From Candidatus Caldarchaeales archaeon (lineage in GTDB: Archaea; Thermoproteota; Nitrososphaeria_A; Caldarchaeales; Calditenuaceae): a DNA stretch of 17,991 nucleotides. The stretch spans positions 1 through 17,991 of the forward strand of contig JAVVGN010000039.1 of NCBI GenBank assembly GCA_032249095.1. Direction: 5' to 3'. Made by a program: the position numbers and the translations under genes. Shown in pieces: positions 1 through 7,599 of this stretch. Position 1 is the stretch's first letter. The number at the start of each line of letters is the position of its first letter. Below the pieces are notes generated by a model, which saw nothing but the letters and a program-made list of their open reading frames with translations, did no database searches and was not told the DNA's origin.

Positions 1-222
1 CTCCAAAACCATTCACCGGAAGGGCTCGGAGCACTTATAACTCTTAGTATCCTATCCCAACTCTGCCGACTGTGGTGTATTTAAAGTTGATGAGAAGCTA
101 AGCTAAATAAGCAGGCTTTTAGCATAGAATTTGCCTTCAAGCTCATGCTTCTGGCCTTGGGTATCCGTATAGTGTTGTCTGTCCTTTTTCCCTGAATATT
201 GCTTCGTTTCCCCACAAGTCCA

Positions 223-241
223 ACTGTAGGGGGATGTTTCC
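223..241 (+). repeat. Copy A of the recurring word ACTG(G)TAGGGGG..T.TCC (ACTGTAGGGGGATGTTTCC)
   Basis: Read directly. It shares ACTG-TAGGGGG and a terminal T.TCC with 462-481, in direct orientation, 240 nt apart. Function unknown. Confidence 0.5.
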
Positions 242-448
242 TTGTTCTATGCCTAGTATGTGTTTTAGTTTAGATTTCTCCTTCTTTACTACCCTGTCTC
301 CTTCTCTATTCCTTTAATGTTTGTTAGTGTGTGGTAGATTTCTCTTGGTAGTGTTGGTCCCTTTGAGGTCTTTATTTATTTTGTCAGCAGTTCTGCTTGA
401 GCATAGTGAGTCTAGGTTAGGGATGGCCCGGCCGTTGGGGCCACTACT

Positions 449-458
449 CTTTATATGC
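449..458 (+). promoter_or_regulatory. TATA-like box (CTTTATATGC) about 135 nt upstream of the GTG at 591. Candidate promoter for a long leader or ncRNA plus the IS110-like gene.
   Basis: AT-rich TTTATAT element in an otherwise mixed context. The distance to the ORF start is much longer than at the other genes in the window. Confidence 0.3.
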
Positions 459-461
459 AGG

Positions 462-481
462 ACTGGTAGGGGGTCTTATCC
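462..481 (+). repeat. Copy B of the recurring word (ACTGGTAGGGGGTCTTATCC)
   Basis: Read directly. Weaker relatives are GGGGGTGGTCT (578-588), TAGGGTCTTCG (599-609) and GGGGGTCTATGCC (626-638). Confidence 0.5.
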
Positions 482-590
482 GAACAGATGATGAGTATAA
501 GGGAAGAGGTTGAAAGTGGGATGGTGGAGAGGTTCCACATAGTTGCGAGGCCATACGAGATAAAGACCATAGAACGGGGGGGTGGTCTGA

Positions 591-1255
591 GTGGTGAGTA
601 GGGTCTTCGTTGACTTCGGACATGGGGGGGTCTATGCCCTCCCAGAGGATGGCGGTGAGGAGGTGGTCTTCAACGATTTCCTAGAGATGTTTGGGAAGTT
701 GAGGCCGAAGATTGTGGTTGCTGATAGTTATCCGAGGAAGCTCCTACAAACCATAAAGCGGCTTGGCGGGGCTACGTTTCTGAGGCTTAGGGATCTTAAA
801 AAGCTCTCCGAGGAGCGAAATAACAATGACCTTTGGAAGACGGATGAGAATGACTGGAGGCTCTGAGGCAGATATTCTTAGGGAGGCCCGATCTGTTCCA
901 GCCGCTCTATGCTTCTCCTGTGGAGCTTGAGGTTAGGTCTCTGACGGAGCTTTGGGTGGAGCTGGCTGGGATAAAGAGGGCGGCGAAATATATGCGGACC
1001 ACAACAAATGATCCATTAGCAAATGAGACTCATAAGATATTAAGACGCTACACTGAGAGGCTGGCGACCAGGATTCATGAGAGGGCTTTGGAGCTACCGC
1101 TCTATAGGATGGCCGTCGAGAGGCTTGGTCTTAAGGGACCGGCACTAGCATACATCATCTCCCACGACACCACCTCCTTTAAGACATTGTCTAGGACTGG
1201 GTTGGAGAGGTGCTATGAGCTGTTCAGACGGCCTTGGAGGGATTGCCCCTATTGA
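591..1255 (+). pseudogene. IS110-family-like (DEDD, RuvC-fold) transposase/recombinase gene. It is frameshifted near 852-856 and ends before the C-terminal Ser catalytic segment.
   Basis: Two adjacent ORFs (591-866 in one frame; 920-1255 in another frame that is already open from 854) read together as one protein. VDFGHGG matches GIDVGK (first Asp). VVADSYP supplies the second acidic residue. KTDEND matches KTDxxDA (last two Asp). After a 1-nt frame change, LEALRQIFLGRPDLFQPLYASPVELEVRSLTEL matches A..LA.LLR.G.L..V.VP..E..ELR.L. LGLKGPALAYIISHDTTSFKTL matches the IPGIGxxTAAxLLAEIGDxxRF helix-hairpin-helix. The total is only about 220 aa against 320-400 aa for intact family members. This is a motif match by eye only. 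Confidence 0.5.
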
Positions 1256-1291
1256 ACCACAACTCTTCTCTTAGCAGGGCTGAGTACGTGC

Positions 1292-3919
1292 TTACTCCGC
1301 GGCTGTCTTTCTTTTTCTCAAAAAGCCTCTGAGTAGCTCCATGGAAACTATAAGCGCAACCAAGCCACCCACGCCGACTAGGACCAGTCCCGCGTCGAGG
1401 AGGGTCCCACCGATGGCGAGTGCTGGGAACGATATGGTGACCTCTCCCTGTGTGACCCAGTGTTCGTCGCTGAGGCCGCCATAGGTTGCGACAACCTTCA
1501 AGGGGGCCAGGGCCGCTGGAATCCTAGTAATCTTTACAGTGCCGTCTGAGGGCGTTGTTGCCGTCGCGAGAGTTACCCCCGGCGCCTTTGGGCTTTGAAG
1601 TGTGATCCTCGCTCCCTCGAGTGGTCTCCCAAGCACATCGGTTACCCTCACCACGATCGTCGCCGAGCCTACCCTTATCGTCTTCTCCCCACCATCGTGT
1701 CGAATTTCCAGCCTAAGCACCTCCACGCCCCCGCCGCCGATCACCGAGACGTTGTAGGTCCCAAATGGCAAGGTTCCGAGCTCGACTACTCCACCTACTA
1801 AGCGTCTGCCGTCGCCAAGTGCCGAAACATATCCCTCGAAGGGGGTGCCGTCATCCCATAGGACCCGTAACGCCAGTTTGCCCAGAGGCAGGGTGAATAC
1901 AGCGTCCCTTAGCTGGAATGCTAAGACGTTCTCATCTAGTATCAGACTCTCGCGGCCGTCTTGAACGAGTCTGGCTGCAAGCCTATACTCCTGCTCGGGT
2001 AGAAGCTCCAGCATGATTTCCGCGCCCATGCCCTCGAACCGCCTCCCAGGGGAGCTCAGGCTCCAGTGGACAATCACTGGGGCGCCGTCAGCGGATAAGA
2101 ATCTGACGTGAGCGTCATACACATAGCACTCTAGGTCCTCAAACACGTTGTCGCGAACCTCGACCAGTCCCCTGTGGACCGTTATGTTCTCAAAAACTAC
2201 CTCAACCCCGTATGAGCCCGAAGGCACGCCTGCGAATAGCGCTCTCCCAGAGGTGTCCGTGGTTGCCGAGATGCTGTGAAGCCTGACTAAAGCCCCGGAG
2301 AGGGGCTTCCCATCCATAGACAGAGCCCTCAGAACCACGCCGTATATGGGTAGGCTTAGCCTAACCTCGCTTCCAGGCCTCACGGTGGCCGTCACCTCAA
2401 CGCGCACGTTAAAGATCTTAGAGTAATTGGCCGCGCTCACAGTATAATCAGCTATAGGCATCTGTGGTAGCCTAAGCACTCCGTCAGCAGCCTCTATCTG
2501 GTAGAAACTCGTCTCAGCGCTCGGACCTTTGACGGTGAAGAAAGCTCCCACCGAGTTACCAGCCTTATCGAGAGCCATCAACACGAGGTCGTCTACGCTC
2601 GTGGGGATGCTGAAGCTTGGGGGCGCGAAGCCATAGGTCGGATGAGTCCCCACATATCGGTAGCCACGGAATACTGTTACACCCCTCCACTCGACTATGA
2701 ACGTATAGTTGCCCGTAGGCACGAGGTAAAAGGCCGCATATCCGCCCCTAGTCGCGTTCTCCGCCGCGAATTCGGAGCCACCTAACCCAAACGCACCGGG
2801 CCTAATCCTCACAAGAGCCCCCTCTATGGCACGCCCAGACCTATCAACGGGGCTGATTCTGAGGGTGTAGAGCTCGGTCCTGAGCTCTCCCGCTAGGGCT
2901 AGACGATACGCGTCATAGAACCCTATCAAGACGGTCAACTCCTGGCCGAGCAGGGGGACGGTGTAGTTGACCACTACCTCATAGGTGTAGGCGTCTGGAA
3001 GCCTCCTAACCTCAACGGCCCCCTCGCCGTCAGCGCTCAGACTCATTTTAAAAGGGTAGACATAGGCATTTATCACTACCTCGGCGCCTGGCAGAGCGAT
3101 GACACCCTCATAATCCTTGATGTATAGGCTGAAGGTCCTGTAGGGGCTGAGCCTGAACCGGCCATATGCGGCCCCCCTCAACCCCCATATCTCCAGCCCC
3201 TCCGGCCAGCCTAGGGGCGAATAATCATACTCGTAACTAAACCCGCTGGGATACCTCATTCTAATAGTAACTGTGGGCTGCGTGTCTAGCTGGCTTGGGT
3301 CGACGCTCGGCGGAACCCTTAGACTTGTGGTGAAGATTGTGATGGAGCTGTTGATGTCGTTCTTCAGGATGTAGTCGAGGGGCTTCAAGGCCTCTAAACT
3401 CCTCTCGATCCGTGCAGCGGCTTCCACGGCCCTGCCGATCCCCTTCCAGGCAAACCAGACCGTGGCGGACTCGACATATATGGCGCGACCGCTACAGTAG
3501 CCGTATATCTCGAGTCTCCAATCCGCGATCTTGCGGTCGCCATAAATCTCGATGTTTGTGTCCTGGACGGAGTAGTTCTCGATAAACCCAGCCTCCTTCA
3601 ATATCCTCGCCCTCTCAAAGATCGGCGAGACGTCGCTCTCCCACGCTCGCCTAAACCCCTTCACGAAGGGGGTGTAGATCCTCTGGCTGCAGTCGACGTT
3701 GACAAGCTGGAAGGTGAGGTTGGCCATTTCTCCGGGGAAATAGGTATCCCTATAGCTGGCGAGCCAGCTAGCCCCTGTGCCGCGCGCGTCGGTTTGTGGC
3801 GGGCCGAGTGGAAGAAACAGCACCTTTAGGTCCCACCGGGCGGGCTGGGCCACGGCGGGCTGGTGGGAAAGCATGATTAGAGCCAGGGCCAAGACAACAA
3901 TCAGCCACGTCGAAGTCAT
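1292..3919 (-). CDS. Secreted, C-terminally membrane-anchored surface protein built from tandem carboxypeptidase-regulatory-like/Ig-like beta-sandwich modules. Probably glycosylated.
   Basis: The ORF is open from TTG 3976, but ATG 3919 gives a classic signal peptide, MTSTWLIVVLALALIMLSHQPAVAQPA. The C-terminus is one hydrophobic helix (LVLVGVGGLVALIVSMELL) followed by RKRK. At least 7 recurrences of a module of the type x-G-x-P-[LIV]-x-G-A-x-[VI]...G-x-Y-x-[VF] are present, e.g. VLGRPLEGARITL, MDGKPLSGALVRL...PSGSYGVEV and DRSGRAIEGALVRI...PTGNYTFIV. There are many N-x-S/T sequons (NYS, NSS, NLT, NYT, NAT, NIT, NVS). Confidence 0.7.
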   Translation of the reverse strand: MTSTWLIVVLALALIMLSHQPAVAQPARWDLKVLFLPLGPPQTDARGTGASWLASYRDTYFPGEMANLTFQLVNVDCSQRIYTPFVKGFRRAWESDVSPIFERARILKEAGFIENYSVQDTNIEIYGDRKIADWRLEIYGYCSGRAIYVESATVWFAWKGIGRAVEAAARIERSLEALKPLDYILKNDINSSITIFTTSLRVPPSVDPSQLDTQPTVTIRMRYPSGFSYEYDYSPLGWPEGLEIWGLRGAAYGRFRLSPYRTFSLYIKDYEGVIALPGAEVVINAYVYPFKMSLSADGEGAVEVRRLPDAYTYEVVVNYTVPLLGQELTVLIGFYDAYRLALAGELRTELYTLRISPVDRSGRAIEGALVRIRPGAFGLGGSEFAAENATRGGYAAFYLVPTGNYTFIVEWRGVTVFRGYRYVGTHPTYGFAPPSFSIPTSVDDLVLMALDKAGNSVGAFFTVKGPSAETSFYQIEAADGVLRLPQMPIADYTVSAANYSKIFNVRVEVTATVRPGSEVRLSLPIYGVVLRALSMDGKPLSGALVRLHSISATTDTSGRALFAGVPSGSYGVEVVFENITVHRGLVEVRDNVFEDLECYVYDAHVRFLSADGAPVIVHWSLSSPGRRFEGMGAEIMLELLPEQEYRLAARLVQDGRESLILDENVLAFQLRDAVFTLPLGKLALRVLWDDGTPFEGYVSALGDGRRLVGGVVELGTLPFGTYNVSVIGGGGVEVLRLEIRHDGGEKTIRVGSATIVVRVTDVLGRPLEGARITLQSPKAPGVTLATATTPSDGTVKITRIPAALAPLKVVATYGGLSDEHWVTQGEVTISFPALAIGGTLLDAGLVLVGVGGLVALIVSMELLRGFLRKRKTAAE

Positions 3920-4077
3920 CTTTTTTAACTGCCAAACCCGATGAAGAAACCCTTCCGACAACTCCTCAACTAGCAAGTTATCTATTCATAGAAGCCTTTA
4001 GCTCTTACCACAAGCGTCGAAAATGTTAATAGCGCCTTAGTGTTGGCGAGCTGTTGGTTGAAGCATCGAGGCTGAAG

Positions 4078-4089
4078 AATATATATAGG
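4078..4089 (+). promoter_or_regulatory. TATA box (AATATATATAGG) for the CBS gene. Implies a leaderless or near-leaderless mRNA.
   Basis: Centre is about 28 nt upstream of ATG 4112. No Shine-Dalgarno-like element lies between them. Confidence 0.5.
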
Positions 4090-4111
4090 GGTTCAGCGAT
4101 CGTTTAATCGA

Positions 4112-5005
4112 ATGTCTAGCAGTCAATCAATATTTTTGACGATCTCCTGCGCCTCACTTTTAAAGGATACAGATCATCGGCGTGTGATAGTTATTGCGCC
4201 GGATCAGCCTATAATCGTTGTCGGGGCGCTTTATGCAAACTTTGGCGTGGACGCAGTCGTCATACAGGAAAGCGGGCCCCTTACAGCTCGTCAGGCTGTA
4301 AGGCTTGTAAGTGGCGAGGATGTGCTTAAAAGTTTTGTCATCAACCCCGGCTCTTCGTGGCCGTATCTCATGAAGGCGGCGGGATCAGACTTGGCTAGGG
4401 GCCTGAGCTATGTGCAGGCCGAAAACAGTCTCGGCGAGGCTCTCGAGGCGATGGAGAGGCAAAGGTACGGTACGGTCGTAGTCGTTAATAGAAATGGCGA
4501 GTTTGCGGGAGTTCTTACAGTGTCTATGGTTATGCGCTTTATGCAGGAGAACACCGAGCTACGTGCGGTCCTGAGAAAGATAAGGTTGCGGGATATCGTT
4601 CGACCCTACCCGCCAATAACGGTTAGCCCTGAGGAGACGCTCAACTACGCCATAAACAAGATGTTGAACTCCCAGGTGAGAAGGCTTGTAGTCGAGGGTC
4701 ATTGGAAAATCTTGAGCGACAGGAGCATAATACGTTTCCTGATGAGGAATGCTGCCGCCCTAGAGTCCCTAAGAGATCAGCCATACAGCCTGCTCGAAGC
4801 GCCAATTGCCTCACTTGGCATCCACCTCGAGCGCCCCGCCGCCTATAGCTACCAGGACAGCTTAGATGAGGTATTGGAGAACGTTCTGGCTAGTGAGGCG
4901 CTATGCGCCCTGGTGGGGGGAAACGAGGGGATAGTGACCCCCTGGGACCTGACTGTCCGGCTCTACAGGTTCATATCCGAGAACAAGGTGCCCTCGCCTG
5001 CGTAA
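4112..5005 (+). CDS. CBS-domain protein (two Bateman modules, four CBS repeats, no other recognisable domain)
   Basis: Repeated CBS-like segments: GVDAVVIQESGPLTARQAVRLV; SLGEALEAMERQRYGTVVVVNRNGEFAGVLTVSMVMRFM; TLNYAINKMLNSQVRRLVVEGHWKILSDRSIIRFLM; SLDEVLENVLASEALCALVGGNEGIVTPWDLTVRL. Confidence 0.8.
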   Translation: MSSSQSIFLTISCASLLKDTDHRRVIVIAPDQPIIVVGALYANFGVDAVVIQESGPLTARQAVRLVSGEDVLKSFVINPGSSWPYLMKAAGSDLARGLSYVQAENSLGEALEAMERQRYGTVVVVNRNGEFAGVLTVSMVMRFMQENTELRAVLRKIRLRDIVRPYPPITVSPEETLNYAINKMLNSQVRRLVVEGHWKILSDRSIIRFLMRNAAALESLRDQPYSLLEAPIASLGIHLERPAAYSYQDSLDEVLENVLASEALCALVGGNEGIVTPWDLTVRLYRFISENKVPSPA

Positions 5006-5040
5006 TACCGAAAATCGGCCAGTTTCAGCGCGGTCTGTTC

Positions 5041-5054
5041 AATTTGATATACAC
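5041..5054 (+). promoter_or_regulatory. TATA-like box (AATTTGATATACAC) for the gins23-mcm-hel308 operon
   Basis: Centre is about 29 nt upstream of ATG 5077. Confidence 0.45.
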
Positions 5055-5076
5055 CTCCGGGGTATAGCTCTTTCAG

Positions 5077-5589
5077 ATGGGGTCGGAGGACCTTCCACTC
5101 ATGCAGGAGCTCTCAGACTATGGGGTCAGAATAACTAGGGAGATAGCTCACCTCACAGTCGCGGGCATGACATTTAAGGATCTTGAGAGGGGTAGCCAGA
5201 TAACCCTGCCGATGTGGGCCGCGGAGGTGCTTATAGGAGCGGGCATCGCCGAGCCAATCGAGGGACGCCTCGAGGTCCAGCGCCTAGCTCAGCTACTGTG
5301 GCGAGAGAAGCGAAGCATCTCAGAGCTAGTGAACCTGCCCCCCAAGTTCTACCACGCGTTGAGGCTTAGCTTCTCAAGCCTCTCCGGCGCTGATGCTGAG
5401 AACGCTAAAGCATTGAGGCTTTATGCCCGTGACCTTGTTTCTCTCCGGCTCTCAAAGCTCCTAGGGTATGCCGCTAAGGGGGTCGAGCCCGAGCTTATCC
5501 AGCACATGACCGAGGAGGAGCGAGAGCTCTATGTGCGTCTACGTTCCCTGATTAAGGCTTGGCTGCAATCCCTCGGGCTAGAGGTGTGA
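5077..5589 (+). CDS. gins23: GINS complex subunit, Gins23 type (Psf2/Psf3-like domain order B then A)
   Basis: N-terminal small beta domain with ITLPMWAAEVLIGAGIAEP (cf. the v.vPlWlA..L motif of Psf2/Psf3), followed by a helical domain (LPPKFYHALRL...). It sits 3 nt upstream of mcm, the arrangement described for Sulfolobus gins23. Confidence 0.7.
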   Translation: MGSEDLPLMQELSDYGVRITREIAHLTVAGMTFKDLERGSQITLPMWAAEVLIGAGIAEPIEGRLEVQRLAQLLWREKRSISELVNLPPKFYHALRLSFSSLSGADAENAKALRLYARDLVSLRLSKLLGYAAKGVEPELIQHMTEEERELYVRLRSLIKAWLQSLGLEV

Positions 5590-5592
5590 GAA

Positions 5593-7593
5593 ATGGCTGA
5601 GACCTTCGAGGAGATCCTTGCGAGGTTCTTCAAACAGGAGAAGTATAGGGAGTACATCTCGAGGGCCGTCGTGGCCGGTAGGAAGAGCGTCCCAGTAGAC
5701 TTCGCGGACCTCCTAGTCTTTGACAAGGAGGCCGCCGAGGCCATTCTCTCCGAGCCCCTAAAGTATCTCCCACTACTCGACTCTGCAGCCTATAAGCAGC
5801 TCGAGCTCGAGTATCCCCAGTATGCAGCGGCTGTGAAGACCTTTAGAGCGGCGGTCAGGGGTCTTCCAGAGATCACTCCGATACGCATGATAAGATCAGA
5901 GCATCTCCGGAGACTAATCGCAATAGACGGCATAGTTGTTAGGGCTTCTGTCGTCAGGCCCCTGCTGGCCAAAGCCGTGTATCGTTGTAGATATTGTGGA
6001 CTGACCTATCGTCAGGAGGGCGTGAAGCCTCCCCTCAGGTGTAGCTCCCCCCGATGTATCGAAAGGAAGCCATACTTCGAATTGGTGGAGGAGGAGTCCA
6101 TCTTCATCGACTTCCAGACCCTCGGTGTCCAGGAGAAGCCCGAGGACCTTCCACCGGGCCAAATACCGAGGGTGATCGAGGTGAGGGTGAAGGGAGACTC
6201 GGTTGATACGGCGGCGCCGGGCGACAGAGTCACGGTTACAGGGGTTTTGATGATTTATGCAGAGCAGGGGGACCAGACACAGCAGCCTCGGAGGATTTAT
6301 CTGGAGGCGGTCTCGGTCGAGCCCCGGGGCAAGGAGCTAGAGTCCCTCCTCATTACGCCGGAGGAGGAGAAGCTCATCAACCAGATGGCCGCAGACCCCA
6401 AGAACTATCAGAGACTCATACAGTCCGTCGCCCCCTCTATCAAGGGGCTTGACCACATCAAGGAGGCCATACTGCTACTCCTATTCGGCGGGAGGGCCAA
6501 GGTCTTCCCAGACGGCGTTAGGGTTAGGGGAGACATCCACGTCCTCCTTGTCGGCGACCCGGGCACGGCTAAGTCGACTCTACTCCTCTACGCGGCCCAG
6601 ATAGCGCCTCGCGGAATCTACACTTCGGGTCGCGGAAGCACTGCGGCAGGCCTTACGGCTGCGGTGGTGAGGGATCCGGGGGGTGGGCTAGTCCTTGAGG
6701 CGGGGGCCGCGGTGCTTGCAGACATGGGGATCTGCGTCATAGACGAGATCGATAAGATGAGGCCTGAGGATAGGGTGGCGATGCACGAGGTCATGGCTCA
6801 GCAGACGGTCAGTATAGCTAAGGGCGGTATAGTGGCAACACTGAATGCGAGGTGCAGCATACTTGCGGCGGCTAACCCGGAGCTAGGCCGCTACGATGCC
6901 TACAGGCCCTTCAACGAGAATGTTAACCTGCCTATAACCCTCTTGTCTCGGTTCGACCTGATCTTCGTGCTAAGAGACGAGCCCACCCCTGAAATGGATA
7001 GGCAGGTAGCGAGCCACATCGTCTCGCTCCACGCGGAGGGTGGGGTAAAGCAGGAGCCGGCCATCCCTCCCCCGCTGCTCAAGAAGTATATCACCTACTC
7101 TAAAAAGATCGAGCCCGTGCTCTCGCGCGAGGCTGCCGAGGCTTTGCAGCAGTTCTACCTCTCCATGAGGTCGGTGTATGAGAAGACATCGACTGTCTCA
7201 ATAACTGCGAGGCAGCTCGAATCGCTGATCAGGCTCGCCGAGGCTAGTGCAAGGGCCTGCCTCAGGAGCGTCGTCACTATAGAGGACGCAGAGGTAGCTA
7301 TCAGGCTGATGAAGAGAAGCCTCTCGGAGGTGGGTGTTGATGTGGAGACAGGGAGGCCGGATATCGACGTGATTATGACGGGGAAGCCTAGGAGCGTGAG
7401 GGAGAAGCTGAGCCTCGTCCTAGACGTGATCCGGACGCTTCAGGAACAGCATGGCTACGCTGACGACGAGGCGCTCAGGAAGGAGCTCCAAGAGCAGGGC
7501 CTGACTAGGGGAGAGATCGACAGGATCCTGAACCGCATGATAACAGAGGGAAGAATATACACCCCCAAGCCCGGGGCCTACAGGTTGGCGTAG
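5593..7593 (+). CDS. mcm: MCM replicative helicase
   Basis: N-terminal C4 zinc motif CRYCG...CSSPRC. Walker A GDPGTAKS, Walker B CVIDEIDKM, arginine-finger SRFDLIF. C-terminal winged-helix-like tail. 666 aa, no intein. A GAGGTG Shine-Dalgarno-like element lies 6-11 nt upstream, inside the end of gins23. Confidence 0.97.
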   Translation: MAETFEEILARFFKQEKYREYISRAVVAGRKSVPVDFADLLVFDKEAAEAILSEPLKYLPLLDSAAYKQLELEYPQYAAAVKTFRAAVRGLPEITPIRMIRSEHLRRLIAIDGIVVRASVVRPLLAKAVYRCRYCGLTYRQEGVKPPLRCSSPRCIERKPYFELVEEESIFIDFQTLGVQEKPEDLPPGQIPRVIEVRVKGDSVDTAAPGDRVTVTGVLMIYAEQGDQTQQPRRIYLEAVSVEPRGKELESLLITPEEEKLINQMAADPKNYQRLIQSVAPSIKGLDHIKEAILLLLFGGRAKVFPDGVRVRGDIHVLLVGDPGTAKSTLLLYAAQIAPRGIYTSGRGSTAAGLTAAVVRDPGGGLVLEAGAAVLADMGICVIDEIDKMRPEDRVAMHEVMAQQTVSIAKGGIVATLNARCSILAAANPELGRYDAYRPFNENVNLPITLLSRFDLIFVLRDEPTPEMDRQVASHIVSLHAEGGVKQEPAIPPPLLKKYITYSKKIEPVLSREAAEALQQFYLSMRSVYEKTSTVSITARQLESLIRLAEASARACLRSVVTIEDAEVAIRLMKRSLSEVGVDVETGRPDIDVIMTGKPRSVREKLSLVLDVIRTLQEQHGYADDEALRKELQEQGLTRGEIDRILNRMITEGRIYTPKPGAYRLA

Positions 7594-7599
7594 CCCGCC

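Noticed and set aside
143-314. Minus-strand reading frame RNREGDRVVKKEKSKLKHILGIEQGNIPLQLDLWGNEAIFREKGQTTLYGYPRPEA, with a faint AbrB/SpoVT-antitoxin flavour.
   Set aside because: It has no ATG or GTG start and is preceded by an in-frame TAA. The only in-frame TTG codons lie late in the frame, leaving at most about 27 aa. The similarity is impressionistic. At best it is a decayed fragment.
205-482. Possible replication-origin ORB-like elements: CCACAAGTCCAACTGTAGGGGG at 211-233 and ATGCAGGACTGGTAGGGGGT at 455-474 loosely recall the crenarchaeal ORB pattern TCCA..GGAAA...GGGGT, and an AT-rich stretch lies nearby.
   Set aside because: The GGAAAC core is missing from both, and the spacing of CCA to the G-string is off by about 3 nt in the first. 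There is no dyad arrangement around the AT-rich stretch and no orc1/cdc6 gene is visible. The resemblance is too weak to call an origin.
488-540. C/D-box sRNA candidate: ATGATGA at 488-494 resembles a C box.
   Set aside because: No CTGA D box or convincing D'/C' boxes lie at the expected 12-nt guide spacing. The nearest CTGA is about 100 nt away. The TGATGA at 88-93 fails for the same reason.
576-630. G-runs (G7 at 576-582, GGG at 601-603, G7 at 624-630) as a potential G-quadruplex over the recombinase start.
   Set aside because: The loops would be about 18-20 nt, which makes a poor G4 candidate, and part of the run is simply Gly codons (FGHGGV). I treat it as part of the recurring-word observation instead.
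3920-3976. N-terminal 19-aa extension of the surface-protein ORF from a TTG at 3976 (MLVEELSEGFLHRVWQLKK).
   Set aside because: The ATG at 3919 starts a canonical signal peptide. The extension is hydrophilic and would bury it. Kept only as an alternative start.
5529-7094. Short minus-strand ORFs within gins23/mcm (5529-5744, 5790-5972, 5914-6162, 6012-6233, 6900-7094). The same applies to other embedded ORFs elsewhere: 1595-1801, 9487-9818, 10048-10572, 10469-10666, 11090-11272, 11564-11839, 11930-12322, 13158-13733, 15713-16407 and 16916-17119.
   Set aside because: All lie inside, and antisense or out of frame to, well-supported genes, and none has a recognisable motif. 11564-11839 would also cross the divergent promoter.
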